DNA of 48,336 bases from the NCBI GenBank assembly GCA_017882185.1, contig JADGQA010000002.1:1-48336 (forward strand), read 5' to 3'. This DNA comes from Bacteroidota bacterium (lineage in GTDB: Bacteria > Bacteroidota > Ignavibacteria > UBA10030). The notes below the pieces were generated by a model. The model saw nothing but the letters and a program-made list of their open reading frames with translations. It ran no database searches and was not told the DNA's origin. The position numbers and the translations under genes were made by a program. Shown piece by piece: positions 27,794 through 34,711 of the stretch. How positions within the stretch are numbered: position 1 is the stretch's first letter; each line of letters opens with the position of its first letter.

Positions 27794-29236
27794 TTATTCC
27801 GGCTCTGCGTGAATTGTAATACGGCGTACTTGCTTGAATTGTCGATACAACTCGGTTTCCAATTCAGAAATGATTTGATGCACTTCTTCCAGAGTTCTCA
27901 TTTTCTCCATCCTGCACGTTAACGTAACGTTGTATTTAAGTCCCTCCTGTAACAACACACAGTCGATCAATCTGAGTACGCGACTGTCCTTCCCGACAAG
28001 TTTTTGGATCTGACTCCTCAGTCTATGCTCTGAGGCTGTCACATCGCTCAGTTCGCGCTCACTCGGCAGGTACTCCTCCATATGGATAGTGACCTTGCCG
28101 ACTGTACGGATCTCGCGTTGAATTTGTCCTTCGATTTCGGAAGCCATATCGTGGGCATCCTGAAATGTCTTGCCTTTCTGGTATTCCACATCAAAATCGA
28201 TGAAGTATTTCTCGTCAATCAGATGGACTTCAAGATTGTGCGGTGTACGAAGGCCAAGGTTTTGAACGATCATTCGTATTTTGTCGATAATTGATTCATC
28301 GGGACTTTCTACTGGCTCGGCATGAACAACGACGTCAATATTGGAATGGGCAGAAAGGACTGCCTTCTCGATGTTGTCCATAATGCGATGTGCTCGTTCA
28401 AAGGGAAGCGTCCTTCGGATCGCCACGGTTGCATCGACAAAGACCTTGGCTCCCGAGGTTCGCAACCGGACGCTTCGCACTTCCTCAACTCCCTCTACAT
28501 CTTTGATGGCCGTCGCGACTGTCTCTTTGAGTCCAGTGGGAACACGATCCATCAGCGCATCAATGGTGCGACGGCCAAGCCGATAACTGACAAAGAGAAC
28601 CAGAAGCGCCACAACAATTGCCCCAAGTGCGTCCGCGAGCGGGTATCCCATTGCGACGAACACTAAACCTATAATGACTGTCAAGGACGACCAGATATCC
28701 GACGAAAAATGAAGAGCGTCTGCTTCTAAGGCCTGGCTATGATGTTTCTTCGCAACCCTGCTGAGCGCGCGCGAGCGGCTCAGGTCAATGATGATGGAGA
28801 CTCCCATGACCAAAAAACTCCAAATCGTTGCTTCCACGTGCGATGTGTGGGTCACCAAACGCTTGATTGCCTCGACGATAATCCATCCACATGTAATCAC
28901 CAAGAGAATGGTTTCAACGAATGCAGATATATTTTCCACCTTGCCGTGGCCGTACTGGTGGTCCTGGTCCGCCGGTCGGTCGGCAATCACGACAGCAATG
29001 AGCGTGATGATGGCGGCGAGGAGATCCAGACCGGAATGTGCCGCTTCCGAAAGTATTCCCAGGCTGTTCGTCTTGATTCCTACAGCGAGCTTGAACCCAG
29101 TCAAAAAGACTGCGGCCGCGACGGAGCTGAGAGCAATGTATATTTTCTCGTTGGTCTTCACACTAATGCAATGCGGGCTTTCCTGTCCACAATATACGTA
29201 CGGTTCTTCTCCCCTACAATCGGAGGAGTCAAACAT
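27794..29236 (-). CDS. Cation diffusion facilitator (CDF) transporter with three tandem cytoplasmic CTD-like repeats
   Basis: TM2 has HSGLD and TM5 has HFSSD, the site-A ligands. Three repeats follow, each ending in an H-A/M-E motif: VVVHAEP, VTIHMEE and ITIHAEPE. Confidence 0.9.
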   Translation of the reverse strand: MFDSSDCRGEEPYVYCGQESPHCISVKTNEKIYIALSSVAAAVFLTGFKLAVGIKTNSLGILSEAAHSGLDLLAAIITLIAVVIADRPADQDHQYGHGKVENISAFVETILLVITCGWIIVEAIKRLVTHTSHVEATIWSFLVMGVSIIIDLSRSRALSRVAKKHHSQALEADALHFSSDIWSSLTVIIGLVFVAMGYPLADALGAIVVALLVLFVSYRLGRRTIDALMDRVPTGLKETVATAIKDVEGVEEVRSVRLRTSGAKVFVDATVAIRRTLPFERAHRIMDNIEKAVLSAHSNIDVVVHAEPVESPDESIIDKIRMIVQNLGLRTPHNLEVHLIDEKYFIDFDVEYQKGKTFQDAHDMASEIEGQIQREIRTVGKVTIHMEEYLPSERELSDVTASEHRLRSQIQKLVGKDSRVLRLIDCVLLQEGLKYNVTLTCRMEKMRTLEEVHQIISELETELYRQFKQVRRITIHAEPE

Positions 29237-29341
29237 TCCTCAAAATACCTCCGTGCCCGGTTGAATTGCCATTGGAGATTATCTATATTGACCGCAGGGT
29301 TCACGAACGCTGCATTTGAAATCAACAATTCGACTCAGCCT

Positions 29342-30043
29342 ATGCGCTTTGCCATCATTTCAGATATTCATTCCAACCTAGAGGCACTTACAAAGGCATT
29401 TGAATTGATCGACCAAGAATCCGTTCACGAGATTGTCTGCCTTGGTGATGTCGTTGGATATGGGGCGAATCCAAATGAGTGTGTCAACCTTATACGTAGT
29501 CGCTGTCGGATTGTGTTACGCGGCAATCACGATGCCGCAGCTGTGAATCCCCTCAATGCGGATTCGTTTACGAAGAATGCGAGGATTGCCGCCGACTGGA
29601 CGCGTCAGCAGTTGTCAGCTGAAAGCAAACAATTCCTTGAGGGTTTGCCATATACGTTCAGCCGCGACGGGATTCTCTTCGTTCATTCCTCACCATACCA
29701 GCCCGAATCATGGTACTATGTTCTATCCGAGGAAGACCTTGAGGTAGCATTTCAGAATTTCTCAGAACAGATTTGCTTCATCGGACATTCACACTTCCCC
29801 GGCATCTTTTCGGAAGACGGACCGGCGAAAGCTGTCAACCGCGGATCGAGGTTTCTTGTGAACGTGGGCAGCATAGGACAACCACGGGATGGGAATTCGA
29901 AGCTCAGCTTTGGAATATTCGATACGGAGAACTGGAACTACAGGAATATCCGGAGTGAGTATCCTCTACAGATTGCTGCAGAAAAGATACTGCGCGCGGG
30001 ACTTCCCAGGGCTCTTTCCGATCGACTTGCACTGGGAATGTAG
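29342..30043 (+). CDS. Metallophosphoesterase (calcineurin-like; YfcE/PrpE-type)
   Basis: The motifs are MRFAIISDIHSN, CLGDVVGYG, GNHD and a later GHSH. The in-frame upstream part of the 434-aa ORF is antisense to the CDF gene and is rejected. Confidence 0.85.
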   Translation: MRFAIISDIHSNLEALTKAFELIDQESVHEIVCLGDVVGYGANPNECVNLIRSRCRIVLRGNHDAAAVNPLNADSFTKNARIAADWTRQQLSAESKQFLEGLPYTFSRDGILFVHSSPYQPESWYYVLSEEDLEVAFQNFSEQICFIGHSHFPGIFSEDGPAKAVNRGSRFLVNVGSIGQPRDGNSKLSFGIFDTENWNYRNIRSEYPLQIAAEKILRAGLPRALSDRLALGM

Positions 30044-30059
30044 AAATTTCTGGTGAGGG

Positions 30060-30884
30060 CTAATTGCGATTGAGCACCGCGAGCATCTCGTCCTTTTTCA
30101 TCGAAGAGACTGCTGCGCAAAGTGTTTGATCCGCTATCCAGAGAACCACGTTACAGTTCGGGTGGTGCGGGTCGGTATACCAGCCGGTTTTCTCCAGCGC
30201 GACTCTCGCAGCGGGTGGAATGATGAGTGTTGACCCGTCAAAAACGTTTGTCTTTCTCACCTGGTATACGTACATAACATCGTCACTCATAGTGTAGACA
30301 ATCTGTGCCAGCTTGATGCCGTTGAACTCGGAGGCAAGCGCCCCATACGATCTGCAGCAATCCATCGGTTGCACGATGGCGAAATTCATACCGCTCTGAT
30401 CCAAGTATTGATGAATATCTTCTGCCTTGTTGGCCACTATCGTTGGCTTTAGTTCGCCGTTCTGGAATCTGGCAAAATTCCGAAGCGACTGAAAAATCAC
30501 GTCGTTTGAGGCTGTGTGAACATCGCTTTCTTCAACAGCAGTTGGTGAATTGAAGAACACCAACGCAACGACGATTGCAACCGAAGCCGCAAGAGCCGGT
30601 AGCAGTCGGTCCATTGTCAATATGTCCTGAATCCAATCGAAGAGCGACGATACTGATTGCGAAGACTTGTTGAGTGCTGAGACAATGGTGTGAACAATTT
30701 CGGGGGGGGTGCCTACATGAGAGCAGCGGCTTTTCACGACCGCTTTGGTGATCATTTCGAGCTCATATGATTTTCGACAGCCCCGACACCTTCCCAAGTG
30801 TTCGAGGAGACTGTTGCGAGTGCTCAACGGAACCGATCCGTCAATCGCTTCGCCAAAAAGATCGTTTGCCTCGGTGCATTTCAT
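30060..30884 (-). CDS. Anti-sigma factor (zf-HC2 type) with one TM and an extracytoplasmic domain
   Basis: The N-terminal H-x3-C-x2-C motif is LEHLGRCRGCRKSY. The single TM is LLPALAASVAIVVALVFF. The gene lies directly downstream of an ECF sigma gene. Confidence 0.7.
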   Translation of the reverse strand: MKCTEANDLFGEAIDGSVPLSTRNSLLEHLGRCRGCRKSYELEMITKAVVKSRCSHVGTPPEIVHTIVSALNKSSQSVSSLFDWIQDILTMDRLLPALAASVAIVVALVFFNSPTAVEESDVHTASNDVIFQSLRNFARFQNGELKPTIVANKAEDIHQYLDQSGMNFAIVQPMDCCRSYGALASEFNGIKLAQIVYTMSDDVMYVYQVRKTNVFDGSTLIIPPAARVALEKTGWYTDPHHPNCNVVLWIADQTLCAAVSSMKKDEMLAVLNRN

Positions 30885-30937
30885 TCAATCACCTCGTCGC
30901 GACGATATCCCATTCCCTGCATTTTCACACTCCCTCT

Positions 30938-31561
30938 CTAATCGCTGGCAATCAACCCTTGTTTCTTTGCGTATTCAAACAGTTTAGCTTGAAGCAATTT
31001 TCTTCCTCTATGGAGTCGCGACCGCACGGTTCCGATCGGGCATTCCAGAAATTCTGCGATTTCCTCATACGTGAGTCCTTCAATGTCGCAGAGTATTACA
31101 ACAGTCCGGAATTCCTCCGGCAGACTTTGCAGTGCAGCTGTGACTTCATCGCCAAGTAGTCCACCAAAGAATTTTTCCTGCAAATCGTTTGTATCGGTGG
31201 ATGAACTTCGAATAGAGTCATAGAAGTTTTCGACGTCATCATAATCAACCTTGCTTGGCTCTCTTGTTTCCTTCCGGTACCGATTGATGTACGAGTTCTT
31301 CATGATCCGGAAGAGCCACGCACGAATGTTGGTACCCTTTTCGTACTTGTTCCAGAAGCGATACGCTTTCAGATAAGTTTCCTGAAGCAAATCGCGCGCG
31401 TCGTCTACATTTCCGGTCGTGCGGAGGGCGAAATTGTACAACAGATCCATATGAGGAAGGGCCTCAGCCTCAAACTCTTTGTGCCGCTCCCGCGTCGAAC
31501 CTGAAATAACAGATGGAGGAACTCTGGTCATGGTCACCCTACTTTGGTTCCCATCAAACAA
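30938..31561 (-). CDS. ECF-family RNA polymerase sigma-70 factor
   Basis: Region 2 is LLQETYLKAYRFW. Region 4 is EFRTVVILCDIEGLTYEEIAEFLECPIGTVRSRLHRGR. The ORF-track start at 31561 is a TTG; the ATG at 31531 (MTRVPPS) is an equally plausible start. Confidence 0.9.
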   Translation of the reverse strand: MFDGNQSRVTMTRVPPSVISGSTRERHKEFEAEALPHMDLLYNFALRTTGNVDDARDLLQETYLKAYRFWNKYEKGTNIRAWLFRIMKNSYINRYRKETREPSKVDYDDVENFYDSIRSSSTDTNDLQEKFFGGLLGDEVTAALQSLPEEFRTVVILCDIEGLTYEEIAEFLECPIGTVRSRLHRGRKLLQAKLFEYAKKQGLIASD

Positions 31562-31593
31562 CGAGCTGAGAACCTCTCAGGCAACCCATATTC

Positions 31594-31621
31594 GTAACAC
31601 GAGCAGTCTGAGACAAGTTCC
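31594..31621 (-). promoter_or_regulatory. Candidate ECF-type autoregulated promoter (GGAACTT ... CGTGTT)
   Basis: The minus strand reads GGAACTT-13nt-CGTGTTA, starting about 30 nt upstream of the sigma-factor start. It resembles the GGAAC-N16-CGT class of ECF promoters. Confidence 0.3.
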
Positions 31622-31745
31622 GCTCGGTCAGAATTGGGGCGTTGTTGAATGGGACACACGCTTTTCAAGATAGCTTTTCTGAATTCAACGTACAAAAATT
31701 AGGCAATGATTACAATCCAACTTGCGATTCCCGACCGAATCAATC

Positions 31746-32933
31746 CTATTTCAACAAAAGTCGCAGATCATTCCAGGGAACCTGCTTGTCCAACTGGATA
31801 TCTGACAAGTCAAGTGAGATTCCCTTCCCTTCGCGTTCTTCGAACGCACCGTAAGGACTCAGATCTCCAATATCAACCACCTTTGCCATTAGACGTTTTC
31901 TATCGGGTTCTTGATTCATTTCCTCGATGTTAATGGCTACGTCGACACGGACTGCCGGAATTCCAGCGGCTCCTTTGAATTCGACACCGCGCACAATGAT
32001 ATCGTAGAGATTCTTCGAATTGAATGGAAGTGATTCATAGTCTTCGGTCTTCTTTGTCTCGTACTCTCTCGTTGCAATTGAATGGAGAACCGTCAACAGC
32101 CCGATGACATTGAGTTTGCGAATGTACATTTTGTCACGATCATTCGGCCAGCCGCCGGATTCAACAAGAACTGTGCTTGTTCCCCACATTTGCACACTGT
32201 CACCAAAGGCCCTACGATCGAATGTGTCGTCATATTTTGCGACATGACCGGGCACAATTTGATTCAAAGCCCCGGCGAGGACCGCTGCGACTTTCTTCGC
32301 CTTCAGCCGCACTTCATTGTCTGTACGCAAAGGATCCATTGCCGGAGCCAGAAGTGCAATTGCCGCCACTTCCTTCGTTGAACCAACTGTCAGGCGCGGC
32401 TCTTGATCATGAAGGTTGAAGCCAAATTGAGGTCGGTACTTATGCTGGACGGCCTTCAGGATTTGCGCTTCAGGTGTTCGTAACGTTGAGGCGTCTCGGT
32501 TCATATCGACAAGTTGCGCGGTCCGACGCATGAATCGTTCGGCCCCGTCAGGATTAAGCATGGGGAGCATCAGCAACGAAAGACTGGCCTGTATGGTTTT
32601 GGTGACCACATGTTCCTTGTGCAGTGCGAAGAAATTGAGTATATCGAGCAGTGCCATGGTGGCGGTGGGCTCATCACCGTGCATTTGGGACCAGAGAAGC
32701 ACACTCGTCGGGCCTTCGCCACACGTGTAGAGAGAAATGGTCCGCCCTTCCGCAGATCGGCCAAGATCGGTAGCCCGGACGATGTTCGATCTTATCATGG
32801 GCTCCAACCATCGGAGCATCTCCGATTGGGTGAAGCGGCGGGATGTGATTTCCGAACGCCTGTACTTCTCGTAAGAGTCCAGGAGATCCTGTACGAGTTT
32901 CGATCGTGACAAACTTGATTGGTCTTTGTCCAT
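31746..32933 (-). CDS. M14-family zinc carboxypeptidase-like protein
   Basis: HGDE in WSQMHGDEPTAT is the HxxE zinc motif. A second His lies in the context FNLHDQEP. Length is 395 aa. Confidence 0.75.
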   Translation of the reverse strand: MDKDQSSLSRSKLVQDLLDSYEKYRRSEITSRRFTQSEMLRWLEPMIRSNIVRATDLGRSAEGRTISLYTCGEGPTSVLLWSQMHGDEPTATMALLDILNFFALHKEHVVTKTIQASLSLLMLPMLNPDGAERFMRRTAQLVDMNRDASTLRTPEAQILKAVQHKYRPQFGFNLHDQEPRLTVGSTKEVAAIALLAPAMDPLRTDNEVRLKAKKVAAVLAGALNQIVPGHVAKYDDTFDRRAFGDSVQMWGTSTVLVESGGWPNDRDKMYIRKLNVIGLLTVLHSIATREYETKKTEDYESLPFNSKNLYDIIVRGVEFKGAAGIPAVRVDVAINIEEMNQEPDRKRLMAKVVDIGDLSPYGAFEEREGKGISLDLSDIQLDKQVPWNDLRLLLK

Positions 32934-33632
32934 AAAGGATTTTTAGAGATGAAATCCTTCTTCCCTGAGGCAACTGTAAAGGAGAAAAATTCAATTTTTA
33001 GAAAATGGTGGAACAAGATACCAATATCTTGCGAGGATTTCACCTGATTTGATTGATTGCGACGACAAGTCTTGTCGATCTCATCCCATGCATGGTGACT
33101 AATTATTCATAGACACAAAAAGTAATACCGTTCGAAGGCAACAAGCGAATTGCTTGTGGATCGAGCGTATCGACCCCCAGTCGTTGGATTTGTACAACAG
33201 CTTTGTCGCTGAAATCGAGGTACGGTCGGTTTCTTGTTTGCATCCTGTCACCTCATCATTCAGTTTCGGGTGCACCGCCGCGCCATACGCGAGCAATGCC
33301 AGATAGGGATTTCACCCGAGGTTTGATGGAGAGCTTCTCCGTTGATGGTCCGATTGTCGGAATTTGATTACAGGCCAAAGAAATTTCTTTTGATGGTTAA
33401 CAGGTTAATCGAAAAACTCTGAAAGGAATAGGATCTGGTCGCGGCATTCAGATATGCTGTCGCATAGAATGACCGGTTTTCCGAACAAGAATAGTCTGAA
33501 TTCGATAGCGACGTGTGATTCTCGTCAGCGCTTGGAGATTATGAGTTATTACCTGCAAAGGGACGTTAGTTTTTTGGGAGACCAGAGCCTTTTCTACTGG
33601 AGCACACAAGAAAGGCCGACGGGAGCACGATG

Positions 33633-33661
33633 TTGACATTCATACGGTCATTCGATATATT
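33633..33661 (+). promoter_or_regulatory. Strong sigma70-type promoter for the BMC shell operon (TTGACA-17nt-TATATT)
   Basis: The -35 hexamer is consensus and the -10 is near-consensus, with optimal spacing, ~70 nt upstream of the first BMC-H ATG. The predicted leader contains a small hairpin, GCCCGT-actac-ACGGGC. Confidence 0.5.
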
Positions 33662-33730
33662 AACGGCAGCCTGCCCGTACTACACGGGCGAGAAAGTGCC
33701 TCTTCTCAACATTTCCAAAGGAGAATCTCA

Positions 33731-34027
33731 ATGTCTGATATTTCGCTGGACGCACTTGGCATGGTCGAAACGAAAGGACTCGTCGGCTCCATCGAAGCCG
33801 CTGATGCAATGGTCAAGGCGGCCAAAGTCACGCTCATCGGCAAGGAACAGATCGGCGGTGGTTATGTGACGGTCATGGTCCGCGGAGATGTTGGAGCCGT
33901 GAAGGCTGCAACAGATGCCGGAGCAGCCGCAGCTCAGCGCGTCGGCGAGTTGGTTTCCGTGCACGTTATTCCGCGTCCTCACAGCGATGTGGAGATGATT
34001 CTTCCCAAACGTCCTGCACAAAAGTAA
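33731..34027 (+). CDS. Bacterial microcompartment shell protein, BMC-H (PduA/EutM/CcmK-like hexamer)
   Basis: The canonical BMC domain reads [79 protein letters not shown]. An AAGGAG RBS lies upstream. Confidence 0.95.
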   Translation: MSDISLDALGMVETKGLVGSIEAADAMVKAAKVTLIGKEQIGGGYVTVMVRGDVGAVKAATDAGAAAAQRVGELVSVHVIPRPHSDVEMILPKRPAQK

Positions 34028-34039
34028 AGGATCCATACC

Positions 34040-34074
34040 AAGACCTGATCGGAATAAAAATCCGACCAGGTCTT
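34040..34074 (+). terminator. Intercistronic hairpin / partial terminator between the two BMC-H genes
   Basis: The stem is AAGACCTG-A-TCGG [aataaaaat] CCGA-C-CAGGTCTT, 12 bp with one mismatch. It is followed by the T/C-rich TCCGTCTTC. Confidence 0.45.
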
Positions 34075-34090
34075 TCCGTCTTCATTGCCT

Positions 34091-34633
34091 ATGATTGATT
34101 ACGCCCTTGGCCTGATCGAAACTAGAGGACTCGTTGCTGCTATCGAAGCTGCCGATGCAATGGTGAAGACTGCCAACGTCGTACTCGTGGGAAAGGAAGT
34201 GACGAACCCGGCACTGATTACCATCAAAGTTGTGGGAGATACAGCAGCAGTTCGCTCAGCGGTCGAAGCCGGTGCTGCCGCCGCCCAACGGGTAGGTGAA
34301 CTTGTCTCCAAGCACGTGATCCCACGGCCAGCCGAAGGAATGGAAGAATTGCTGTTTACCAAAGGTTCCCGGACGCAACCCGACGTAGAAGACGAATTGC
34401 ATGAGGGAAGGGTTGATGAAGAGGAGGAGCCAACGCCAGAAGTTCCCTATTCCATGCCGGATGGTTTGACAGAAGAACAGAAGGAATACTTCACATCCCT
34501 TGAAGCGATGACAGTTCATGAATTGCGGCGACATGCGCGTAGTATTGAGGGATTGAAGATTTTTGGACGCGAGATTTCACGGGCCAACAAAGCCCAATTG
34601 CTTGAGGAATTGATGAAGGTTAAAGGAAGCTGA
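34091..34633 (+). CDS. BMC-H shell protein paralog with divergent pore loop and ~90-aa C-terminal extension (acidic linker plus Rho-N/HeH-like helix pair)
   Basis: The BMC domain reads [46 protein letters not shown]...VIPRPAEG. It is followed by DVEDELHEGRVDEEEEPTPE and then LEAMTVHELRRHARSIEGLKIFGREISRANKAQLLEELMKV. I prefer the ATG at 34091 over the TTG at 34085. Confidence 0.9.
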   Translation: MIDYALGLIETRGLVAAIEAADAMVKTANVVLVGKEVTNPALITIKVVGDTAAVRSAVEAGAAAAQRVGELVSKHVIPRPAEGMEELLFTKGSRTQPDVEDELHEGRVDEEEEPTPEVPYSMPDGLTEEQKEYFTSLEAMTVHELRRHARSIEGLKIFGREISRANKAQLLEELMKVKGS

Positions 34634-34656
34634 ACACTGCCCAGGAATGTACACGG

Positions 34657-34692
34657 AAAAACCCCGAGGTCTATTTCGACCCCGGGGTTTTT
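34657..34692. terminator. Rho-independent terminator shared by the BMC operon and the convergent Omp85-like gene
   Basis: The sequence is AAAAACCCCG-A-GGTC [tatttc] GACC-C-CGGGGTTTTT. The stem is GC-rich and is flanked by an A5 run and a T5 run. Confidence 0.75.
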
Positions 34693-34711
34693 CATTTCTC
34701 TCCCATTCCGA

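Noticed and set aside
28739-29341. The N-terminal 201 codons of the 434-aa plus-strand ORF.
   Set aside because: This part is entirely antisense to the well-supported CDF transporter gene and has low-complexity, Arg/Cys-rich composition. The recognisable metallophosphoesterase begins at the internal ATG at 29342 (MRFAIISDIHSN).
33099-33296. A 65-aa minus-strand ORF, plus an adjacent out-of-frame open stretch, in the long spacer upstream of the BMC operon. It could be a pseudogene remnant.
   Set aside because: I could find no recognisable motif, RBS or promoter. Joining the two frames requires an assumed frameshift with no supporting similarity that I can evaluate by eye. I keep it only as a possibility inside the spacer finding.
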